DNA of 64,000 nt from Ancylonema sp. Lineage: Eukaryota. The translations under genes were made by a program, and so were the position numbers. Positions 39,365-50,181 of this stretch are shown here, one piece after another. The notes under the pieces were generated by a model. That model was given only the letters and a program-made list of their open reading frames with translations. It did not search any database and had not been told where the DNA came from. Positions within the stretch are counted from its first letter, which is position 1. Every line of letters starts with the position of its first letter. The stretch lies in assembly GCA_050230475.1 (NCBI GenBank), contig JBFLGF010000005.1, positions 1-64,000 on the forward strand, written 5' to 3'.

Positions 39365-41606
39365 TCAGCAATTGCTTTGGAAAACGAAGGTCCGCGCTTT
39401 GCCTTCAATCTCCTCATTGCCTGCTGCACTCAGCCCCTCCACATACCCCAACGTGCGCCGGTGCCTATATCTGCAAATAAGGAAAGAAGAACTCGCTACA
39501 CATGAGTGCCCATGAACAATTGGTGAACCACAGCAATGAAGACACGCTTCTCACTCAGGGTAAATCGCCGGTCGAAATGGTTTTGACCCCAAAGCCTTGA
39601 GCCGCCCCGTGGAGTGAGCGCTGGAGAGCAGCCCCCATTGGTCGTATGGCTTGCCGCGTTTGAGGGTGACGTGGATCTGTCCGTTGGAAGCCAGGAGGGG
39701 GGCTGCAGACTGGAAGAAGAGGAGCAGCAGATTGGCGTTGCGCTGAATGTTCACGGCCTCGTCCTTGATGCCCAACCCGACGTGAGGGAAGTTGAACACG
39801 ATTCGGTCAAAAGGTCGGTCGGACACACCCTTGCCACGCTTCTTGCCTGCGACCTCGGCCAATGACGTGTCAGAAGGGGAGATGTGGATCCTGTGGCCAA
39901 TGGGCCAATGAGGACGAGGGGCACTGACCCACGTGCAGGCAGGGAGCCAATCGGGTGGCATCGATTTCGTAGAGCACCTTGGCACCTTGCCTCTCCACCT
40001 CCGCAATGATTGCACCCGCATCGTCGTACTTCTGCACAGAGAGGGAGGTTTTTTTTAGAAACAATCTTAGCAAGCTAAATGAAACACGCTTTATCTAACA
40101 CGCTAAATCAAATACGCTGAATGTGAAACGCTGAATGTAACACGCTAAGGCGTTGACTGTCAGAGCTTAGGAGACCAATCACTGAATTTCCAATCATTGA
40201 ATTTTGAGGACAGAACCAGAAGTCACACATTGACCAAAAAAGGGCGACCCGAGGCTATTTAAGTCTGAATGATTTTCACTCATGTCGTGAGTGCCCCTAC
40301 ATCCAGGGCACATACAGGGCACAACCAGAGCCATTGATCAGTAAGCTGATATGAACGGTAGCCTTGCATCCATGAGGACCTTGAGCAACATCAGCTGAAG
40401 GTGTCACAATGTGCTTGTAGATAGAGCGGTGGGGAGCAGGGGCAGCCAGCTTGCCTCTAAAAGGAGTTGGCGTGAGTCGTAGGCAGTGGCGATGATGTTT
40501 GATCCGCTGCCCAAAACTGCGGTCAGCGCTCGGCTGAAGCTAAAATCTCCTTCGCCCACCAATAGAATCCTCTGCAGGGCTCCGTAAAGGAAAAAGAAGA
40601 AGTAGTGAGTGTGAACAATCGCAGTGTTTGGGGATCAAAAGCGGACGCCGGCCCATTGAACCAAATGACCACACAGGATGACAGTGGCGAGGAGGTTGAG
40701 GCAACTCAGGTTTCGACAAATTGGGAGTGAGTAAGATGACGGTGATGGTTCTCCTGTTCAAAGGCATGATGATATAGATCCTTATGATATGCGAAAAGGA
40801 TGGAGTGCGTCCCCACCTAAACTTTGACTGTTACTCCACATCATTTACATGGTTTGAATTCCAGAACGAGAAACGATTTGAAAGCATTATGGTTCCCCTC
40901 TCAGCGTTGCTGTTCTGACATTCATGTGCGACTTCCGATTGCAGGAAGCCACAAACCGTAAATCCGACTAGTTACCGTTCGTACATTAGACAACACGGCC
41001 TGACTCCTTTGAGATATTTGTAAAAATTTTGCGCCGTGTTTTAGTTCACCTGATCCGCCTGATATAATGCGTTCGCTGCTGCATTCCTGCCGTGTGGCCC
41101 TAGTGGAGTGGTGATGGTCTCCTTCTCCTCATCACTGGAAGAGAGAGAATCTTCAGGATGAGGTAGGGGGCCAGCATTTCCCACTACCTTCGCATGCCCT
41201 CCATGTTTTCTCCTCTTCGTATTCTGCCGACAATACAGGATAAGAGTGTTGATATGCGATTTTCACTCGGAACCCCGAATGAGCGCCGTGATATAGACCG
41301 CAGCGCGGGCATGCATATGTTCCCATCCTAGGGGCACACACCACCTCACACTCCATCGTGCTTGAATCCAATTGCCGAATTTATATGAAGGATCCCGTTG
41401 GTGCATGTGTGAAGTCAGCAACAAAGGCAGTGGATGCAAAGAAATGGGCCTCTAACCTTGGGGGTTGAGTCGCGTTTCGAAATGCCTGGTTGATAGACAT
41501 CTTGTCCATTTGGCCTGCCACCCTGAGGAGCGGCCCTGCTACCTCGCTCAGCTTTGAACGCTTTCTTTCTGGCAGTCAACTTAGACTGACGATGCTTCTT
41601 ACCCAT
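39365..41606 (-). CDS. DUF2431 / BMT5-like 25S rRNA (uridine-N3)-methyltransferase family protein, multi-exon
   Basis: 'RILLVGEGDFSFSRAL...IIATAYDS', 'KY...GAKVLYEIDAT', 'FDRIVFNFPHVG', 'N..LL..FF..A..LL...GQIHVTLK.GKPYDQW', 'YPEYRHRRT'. Lys-rich N-terminus. N-terminal exon limits uncertain. Confidence 0.85.
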
Positions 41607-42215
41607 TTACGACGAGCTACCACGCCTATCAACGGAGACGTGGCGATTTCATTCTAGGCCTGCAGAAATTGCGCAAGGGCGACCTTGTTTACATGATTAT
41701 CGTCGGTGTACTTCGTACGCGGTGACACGCGGTCAACGTAAGAATAACGGCATATGCCTACCTCATATGAATACTACCCCGGAGTAGAAGAGGGGAAATT
41801 TTCCGACTGACAAATAGAAGCCAGGTTAGCCTGGCGCTGTCTAGTTAAATGCAGCGCAGCGCAACGAAGCCAGCGATATGGCACTTCTTCGGAAGGAGTC
41901 CTTGTCGACGGCTGAGCGGTGGCAGGCACCTGATGGCAGGTCTAAAAAGTCGTTCGTAATCAGGGGTTTAATTTCGTAATTGAGAAATTAGGGCACGCCG
42001 TACCCGTGTTCTTTTTTATATTAGGACTTCAATTCCTGATTACAAACGACCTGCCATGCCTGCGTCTTTATGTAATGGCCCTGTGCTTCGAACCACTCAC
42101 CGCTTCACTTCTCACCGAGAGGCCTCTCTGAAAGGTGAAAGATCAAGTTTCTTGTGGTCAAAGGTGACAAACGTCGGTGTTCATCTTACAACTCCGCCTT
42201 GTATCCGGATTGACG

Positions 42216-44989
42216 ATGGGCGCGAGGCAGTCCGTTGAGGAATCCGAGTCGGAAAACGAGGAGGAGAACGAGCAAGAGGGTCAAGTGGAAGAAGTGTCCG
42301 ACGAGGAAGAAAATGATGAGGATGATATGGGCGATGAAGATGACGAGGGATTACTTAATATTGATGGGGATCTACAACTTGAGCAGGAACCAGAGTTGAG
42401 TCCGTTCAATCATTCCCAAACGCCCCTGCAACCCCAGGAAGCAGACTCTTTTCAAAACTATGACTCCCTTAGACCTGACGATCCGGAGATGCTGCTGGCT
42501 GATGCAGCTGATCACAGCTCGGCACTCAACATTCTGCCTCAGGTTCCCCGTTATACCAGACAAGGTGGGGGAAGCATAAGCACTCCGGGAAGTCCGTTGG
42601 GCGGCCTCAGCCGATCTGGTTCAGGTTCAGATTTTGGGATGTCACATTTTCTGCCGTTGCTCCCTTCTTCCGTGCCTCCCTCTGCTCGCAATCGCATCTG
42701 TGCTAGGGACGTGATCACGGAGATCTATTTGATCAGGTTCGTTTGGGTGGGAGTGGTGACCTGGCCAGTGTGGTGATCAGATACAGGTTCCCAATTGCAA
42801 CATCAGGTTCACATGAATAGAAACGCCTTCGTGTAGCCAAGTAAAATATTTGTCCCCCGTCACAATATTCGTGATAAGCTGCGTTGGCCTGGATTCGTAG
42901 TCAGCACCCTGTGTGTTTCTGACTGTTTGCTGGTCTAGTGTACACCATGCGACCAGGAGGACGTCGATTAAGTTGATGAGGCCCCCTTTCCAATGTCAAA
43001 GGGATCAATTTATATGACTCTGTAGAAGTGTGCAGATTTCGAATATTTGTGTGTATTTAGACAAGAGGAGAGCCGTTACTAGACTGACCATACTCTGCTT
43101 AAAGTCTGTGAGGACTCGGTCGTCCACACAACTAGCTTCGAAAGGTACAAAATGTACAATTGTCATGATTTGCACTAATACTTTCATTTGTATGGACAAA
43201 CAGCGTTAATACCTACGGATTACAACCAAGTACTCAGATCTCTTGGCTGTCCTTTCCAGGCATGGTGAGTCCTCTCACAACTTGACCACCTTGATTGGAG
43301 GTCGGTCACCACTTGCCACGCTCACACCAAAGGGGAGGCGGCAAGCCGCTGTTCTGGGAAGATTTCTTCGAGAGTTTCTGGGTTTCCAGTTCGATGCCTA
43401 CTATACCTCCCCATTGGAGAGGGCTCGGGCAACGGCTGTCACAGTTTGCAAGGTGGGTTACTCACTGCAAGGTCCTAGGCCCCGGACATCTGGCTGTGAG
43501 TTCAACTACGTGTGAGTTCTGATGACCAAAGAGATGTTTAGGCCAGAGCAACGACTGAACGTGAGTTTGAACGATAATTTTCTGTGTTTGTAATGCCGTA
43601 TCTTCCTCTGCTGTACTTTTCGGCAGAGCCAGCTGTGAATGAAAGCCGGAGTTCCATATTCACTGCCTGCAGCGCCTACTTCTTACTAGGCTGCTGGTTG
43701 TTCTCTGCAGGAACTTGGTGTGCCCGAGGGGAAGCTGATGGTGGTGGATGCCCTGCAAGAGCTGAGTCAGGGAGAGTGGGACGGAAAGCCCAGAGGGGAG
43801 GTATATACTCCAGCAATGGTCAGCAGAATGACTGCCTCTCAGCCAGATTTCAGAGCCCCGGGCGGAGAATCTCAACGGCAGGTGAGGACACCAGAATAGG
43901 AGCGGCACAAAAATTGTGCTGGATGACGTGCAGGTCATATCGTTGCATATGTAGGCGACCAGTAGTCAGCACCTTCATCAGTTTTTCTAGCTCTTGTTTC
44001 ATGATTGATTCAATGCATGTTCAAAGACAGGGTAAGGGACAGGGAAAGGGGAAGGGAACGGGTGCTCTTTGGAGCCCGGTGGTGATGCAGCGCTTGAGGA
44101 ATCTATGACAGCTGTTGAAACTCCCTTGTAGCTTGACTGGAGGTGCATTTATCTGTCTTGATTTCAGATACCTGATATGGATAGTTGAAAGCATCATACT
44201 GCTTATCTGGCAGTGCTAATAGCATGTTGTTACTCACCGCACTATGCAGCAGTGTGGATCAAGTGAGCACAGAACCCATGCCAGTGGTATTTGAAGAGGA
44301 ACACAAAGCTGCTGTGCCATATAACACTGCCCCTATCTCCTGTACTCTACATGGCAGTCACCATTGTAATGGAGATGCCACGTGGACCAGTGGCAAAACG
44401 AGGGATGTCTCCACCGTGGTGTCCTCCATAGCATCAAACATGTCCTCACGTTTCCCTACCCATGCTGCAGGTGGAGTTCCGAATGATGGACGTGCTGATG
44501 TCCATCGTCTCTCAAGCAGAAGACTTGGATGCCCACGTGGCCAACACACACCCTGTGGATGTGAAGGGGACTGCTTCTCCCCGGACTCGGTATGGTCGCG
44601 AAACAGACCTTCGTGCTCCTGTTTCGCCTGCAGGAGCCTACTATCAGCAGCAGAGGGGAGGGGAGTCTTTCGTATCAAAGAATGGCAGCACAGTGTATGG
44701 GAGTGGGGAGGGAGAAAGGGAACGAGACAGTAACGGTAACTTTTCCCGGGGCACGAGCACAGTCTTCAGGGCGGTTCTGTTTTCTCATGCCACTGCCATC
44801 AAGTGCTTGCTCAGGGGAGTGCTGGGATCCTCGCCTCAGATGACACACCAGATAAGCATAGATAATACTTCGATTACAGTTTTAAGACATACGTCCTCCA
44901 CTGGGTGGAACTTACTTCGAGCCAATGACATTTCTCATCTCAGGTTAGCTCGAGGCCCTCTAAATACGAGTAAGCGCGAGGAAGTTTAG
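42216..44989 (+). CDS. Histidine phosphatase (phosphoglycerate-mutase-like) family protein with acidic N-terminus; exons about 42216-42736, 43260-43452, 43711-43881, 44471-44989
   Basis: 'EIYLIR|HGES' (RHG motif split by intron), 'LTPKGRRQA', 'YTSPLERARATA', 'LQELSQGEWDG', 'PGGESQRQVEFR', 'LFSHATAIKCLL', 'IDNTSIT...NDISHL'. Confidence 0.88.
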
Positions 44990-46418
44990 ATCTCAGGTAG
45001 TGGAACTCACTTTCTTGTTTGTCATCCCCTTTTGTACTTCAAAGAAGTGAGAAGGTGGAGTGGCCACCAGGAGATTTTGTGTCAGCAATAGGGAATGTGC
45101 TCCTGTGCCTTCTCCCCCCCCCTCTCCTCGTCATGGCGAAATTTATGTCTGTGTATAGTAGGAATCCTTGCCCATTGTTTAATAGTGCATACGGAAGCTA
45201 GTCAGGGCAGGCATAACACCCTGCTTTTCCCCATCAGATGTGAGGGACGAGGTTGCTTGACATTGTCGTTCTCCAATAATTGTGAGCAAGCCAGATGCCG
45301 TCTCTGCACAACCATTTTGCCAATGGATTTTGATTTTATAGGCAGCTGTCATGATGTGTTTGACAACTGAGAATTTTGCCCTGATGGCATTACGTTTACA
45401 ATACTTGGCACCATTGTTTTTTTCAAAATGAATTAATTTGTCAATGATTCGTATAAATACCGGGAGTCCGAAAGTCATTATCGATGATTATTGGTAATGA
45501 TTCCGGAATACCTACATCCAATATTCAAAAAAATACCAACATGGAATTAATATCAATGGTTTGTTGTGGATGATTCCGACGTTTTACGTATTTGTAAAAA
45601 TAATTGATTTCGAGTGTCAATAATCTACTAAAAATCAATTACGGTTCCCGGTACGGTAGTCACTGTTTTGGTTCTACTAGTGGGGACGAAGGCAACGAAA
45701 AGAGGTGGAGGTGACCGACTTGCGGTGAACGAGTTCTTTGAGGATCCGATGGGAACGGAAAAGAAACTGATTGGTGACGAGAAAGTGAAGGTTGTTTGGG
45801 AATATTTTCCTGAACCGGAGAAGTCTGACGAGAGTGGGAGGGAGCCTAAGGGGCTCGATGAGTCGTCTCATAAGGAGAAAGGTGTCAAGCTACCGACGGC
45901 ATTGCGCGAAAAGTGTGGAGGAATGAATGTCGCTTCGGTACAGGAGGAAGGAATGCAGGAGCAGGAGGGAGTGACATCCCGGTTGTAGGTCTGAGTTCCA
46001 TGTTCTCAGGCTCCAAGTGCATACTATGAAGCTATGTCACGTACATGTCAGGTGGCGAAAAATGCAAAATGGCCATCCGTCCAGAATGTGTATGTCTGGA
46101 TTAATTGGTTGCTGCTAGCTAGCAGCACGATAAGTTGAATTCTACGACTTTGCACATGCGTTTTCTCCACTCATAAAAATGGTTCTCACTAAACTTCCCC
46201 TTACTGATGATGTTCGCAAATGCACTCTTAGTGTTAAGGGATCCAAGTAAACATTATGTTTTGTCAACCAGAGGTAAATTTGTGACACTATAATTTAAGC
46301 ACCTCACGAATCGTCTTCTAGCCATCAACCAATCGACGCAACGAGGCGAAGTTCATATTTTTCCCTGGAGTATGTCCACTTCCATCACAGTCAGCAAGGA
46401 ATCGATCCCTGTTGTCGA

Positions 46419-47686
46419 TCAATCATCGTCCCAATCCCGATAGATTTCTATGTAGTTGTTGTTCCCCTCCTCGCCATCATCCCTGTCCTCACAAAGAACA
46501 TCCTCACGTTTTCCCTGTAGCTGATGCTCTTCTTTCTCCACGAAACCAGCCCCATATTCTGACCAGCGTTCCATCCCTCCTTTGATCTCCGATCCTGCCC
46601 AGCCATCCGCAACACGGATAGTTTTTTCCCTTCCCTTCTTTGAAGCAAGGCCAGATTGGTCGGCAATGGGTGTGTCTGCCTTTGCCTCCATTGATGCCTT
46701 CACGCCTGGATGGCTCAGGATTTGTGCCACCTCCTCATCTTGCTCCTGAGGTGGGTCGTAGAAGTGTAACAATTTGCGCCACTTTTTCACTTGCCCATCG
46801 AATGCCCTTTTGCTGCAGATTTGCTCTAAGAGAGGAGTGGCAGGATCCGCTCGAGTTCTTCTGGACCTGGCATGGATCGAAGGCATATATGAATTTCAAT
46901 TTTTCAGCCAATCATGCAGGACATCTCATCTAGGTTTCACAAAGAGATATCAATTGCGTTTCTCAGGACTGCATGAAACTGGGTGTCTTTGATGTAGGCC
47001 GCGAAAGGATTTTATATACTTGCATAGCGACCACGTGCCATGCTTGCCTTGACATTGGGGATGATGGAACCAAGCGAAGTGCATCGAGGAGCAAACAAAT
47101 GTGAATCAGTATTTTATTATTGAAGAATATGTCACTTACAAGTACCTTTCATCACAGGTTTACAACTCAAATGGTATTGAATCTTGAAACGCATTGTGTC
47201 AGTGCCTACTCCTGCAGCAGCAATACCGTTGATCCACTGAGGGCAAAGTGCACTAACCTCGGAATACACTCAGTGTACCTTTCGTACCCCAAGGTGTTCT
47301 TCCCAAAATCAATTTGCTTCTGCCGCTGGGCTAGACGATGCTCGTCTGTTTCCTCGACACGCCGGGCTGCAGGTATTGAAAGAGCTCCTTACAAGGTGAA
47401 GCAAAAATGGAGCTGAGGTCTGTACGGATTCCGACACAGCATTTAAAAGCTACACTTCCTGAAGCGCAGGGCCAGATCAAGTGTACCTTAATCTACACCT
47501 GGCACCTGCTGACATACCTGGCAGCGCTGCGGGGATCACAAATTTGTGCGACACATCTACCACCCGCTCCGTCTCCAGTCGCTGACGTTTGGACCGTCTG
47601 GCTCCTTCATTCTCATAATAATCGCAAGGGTTGTCTGCGAGGCCACGTTCAAAAGGAGTGTGGCCGCGCAGATCGCATTGGCTCAT
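46419..47686 (-). CDS. SLBP: Histone mRNA stem-loop (hairpin) binding protein; exons about 47686-47518, 47368-47258, 46866-46419
   Basis: Spliced RNA-binding domain 'ETDEHRLAQRQKQIDFGKNTLGYERYTECIPR-SRRTRADPATPLLEQICSKRAFDGQVKKWRKLLHFYDP' matches the SLBP signature (RQKQI.YGKNT..Y ... TP ... S.R.WD.QI..W...LH.WDP). Confidence 0.9.
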
Positions 47687-47839
47687 AGTAAACGTGACTT
47701 CCCTTTGCGAGCGATTGGAGACAATAACCGCAAGTGAATAGGCGTTTGTAGTGTAAGCTTCTTTCCTGGCGATCTGCTATAATTGACTCTGCGCAGCGCT
47801 GGGCGCACTAGACTGAAGGGAGGATCTCAGCTGCACGAT

Positions 47840-47848
47840 GGCGCGAAA
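47840..47848 (-). promoter_or_regulatory. Canonical E2F site (TTTCGCGCC) between SLBP and ERCC1
   Basis: GGCGCGAAA on the + strand matches consensus TTTSSCGS. It lies within the 414 bp separating the two divergent start codons. Confidence 0.5.
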
Positions 47849-48100
47849 TTCCAATTCGTTAGTACTTCCGCTTTTGTTCTCCAGAATTTGCATACCGGCG
47901 ACGCGGTTATCAATTCCGTCGACATTTTACATTACCGCGTACTGGTAGGCCGGTTTTGGAATGTGTATCTCAAGTACTGTAGCCTGTACTTCAACCCGCA
48001 GGACGAGCAATACTTAGCCAACCATAGGTTACTACAGGTAGAGCTACTTGTTGGCAACTTGGGAGAGCCACGGAAAGTGTTGGAGGCTGCGTCAACACGC

Positions 48101-50181
48101 ATGGCATCCGTTCCTCCGAACGAACCCGCAGCAAAGCGTCGGCCACTCTTCGTCATTCCCTCGCACGCGGAAGTGGCTGGTGCCAGCCGTCCAGCCCCAC
48201 CGACTAACTACTTCCGCCCCTCTTCTGCTCCTGTTGTGACGCCTTCGCACCCCAGCTCTACCACCTTCACTGATTCGGCGGATCAGAGGCCGATAACCAT
48301 TTCACAGCCTGCGACTGCTTCCGGCCCTGTGCCCTCCGCGTCAGCAACACTTTTGCAACCGTCCGGGAGTAGTGCGGGCCAGGCCCCCATCGCCGGCACC
48401 TTTTCCGATGCATTCTCCTTTGTGCGCCAAACAGAACATTACACTGCACCTGCTCCTCCCCCGCCCCTGCCAACGGGGCACGCGTTCAATTCAGGAACCA
48501 GGTGGGAGGGTGCTCTTTCTTGTTTTTTTTTTTTTTTTTTTTTTCTTTGTCACGACTGTGGTACACTTTCTTTGGTACCCTGCGTATGATGTAGGCCTGT
48601 CAGTAACGTATATTCGTCCAGCCCGTTTTTTGTCAGCGCGGTGCAGGTCCCGGGCCTCTCCGCTAGTCAAACGAGGAACGCAATTGTGGTCAGCAGCAGA
48701 CAGGTGGAATACATGTGTCACTGCCCTGTGCCTGTCCACCTGGCTTGTGTGCCTGTGTATCTGCCCAGTGCACACACGACGATATACATACCAGCCAACT
48801 CCCCCTTCTTGTCCCCTCCTCATTCCCCGTGCCGTGCAGAAAGGCAACCCGGTTCTAAAGCACCTCAGAAACGTGCGGTGGCTGTTCGGAGACATTGTTC
48901 CTGATTACCTGGTGGGTCAGTCAGCTTGTGCGCTCTACTTGAGGTACGCTAGGGAGGAGAGTTGGCTGCGTTCACACTTGACCTCACTTTGTTCTGCGGT
49001 TTGGTGGTTCCAGCCTGCGGTACCACCTCCTTCATCCCGACTACTTGTACTTCCGCATTCGGGAGCTGCAGAAGGGGTTTCGGCTGCGAGTTGTGCTCTG
49101 CCACGTGGATGTGGTGCGAAATAGAGGGGTTTGGGGGTCGGGGTGTATCTGTACATGAACTGGCTTCTATACTGAACGTAAACACACGTAGATATGGTCT
49201 TGCACGCTGGTACACTCCTATGCACGAATCATGACATTCGATTGGTCAAGTCCTTATCACCGCAATTGAATGTTGTCTTTTGCACCAGGGTACGGACTCG
49301 GACAGAAGCGTGCCCCAAATGAACTCCATCTCTGTGGACAGCCGTGCGCAGTCATCCACGTGTGCATGGCACTGAATTTTATAAAATTTCGGTGGTCCCA
49401 GGATGATGTCATGAAGCCGCTCCACGAGGTGACCAAGACTGCTCTTCTCCACGAATGCACGCTGCTCTGTGCATGGAGGTGAGGAGGAGGGGCAACATAT
49501 ACTGGAATTGGAAACTGTACGGAGAGGCTGATGGAGTGTGGTGCATGTGGTACGCAGTGTGGAGGAGTGCGCTCGCTACCTGGAAACCATCAAAACGTAC
49601 GAGACCAAGCCGGCCGACGTCATTCAGGAGCGAACGGATAACGACTACTTGTCAAGGGTGAGGGGGAAGGGGGGGGAGGGGTCAATGGGATGAAAGCAAG
49701 GGGCAAGGAACGAGATAGTGACTGCCACAATCTCCTGCTCGACTCCCAGCTGACGTCCGCGCTGACCACGGTCCGGGGCGTGAACAAAACGGACGTCCTC
49801 ACTCTGGGAAGCACCTTCAAGTCCCTCTCTGCGGTGTTGGGGGCGTCCATGGAGGAGGTGGCAAGATGCCCCGGGATTGGAGAACGAAAAGTGAGAGACC
49901 AGCCACAGACCGCAGTAATGATGACACGTGGCATTAGAAACTCAAAAACCAAAACTCAAAACTCAAAACTATCCCTGCTCTCATTTTCTTTTCCTTGTCA
50001 GGTAAAGCGGTTGTGGGATGCGTTTCACGAACCGTTCCGCAGGACTTCCAAACAGATGCGGCTTTCTGGGCCCAAGGAGGGGGAGGGGGGGCTTCTACTC
50101 ATCTCTGGGCCTGAAGGACAAGGGGGTGCCGAGGGGGGTGGAAACGTTTTGCGCCTTGAAGATGTGTCGGATGGAAAGTGA
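48101..50181 (+). CDS. ERCC1: DNA excision repair protein ERCC1; about 8 exons
   Basis: '[23 protein letters not shown]', '[23 protein letters not shown]', '[25 protein letters not shown]', HhH '[11 protein letters not shown]...[20 protein letters not shown]'. Confidence 0.95.

Noticed and set aside
45668..45988. 106-aa charged ORF between the phosphatase and SLBP genes
   Set aside because: No recognised motif or clear splice structure, and it sits beside a probable small TA-flanked MITE (about 45460-45651); not supportable as a gene.
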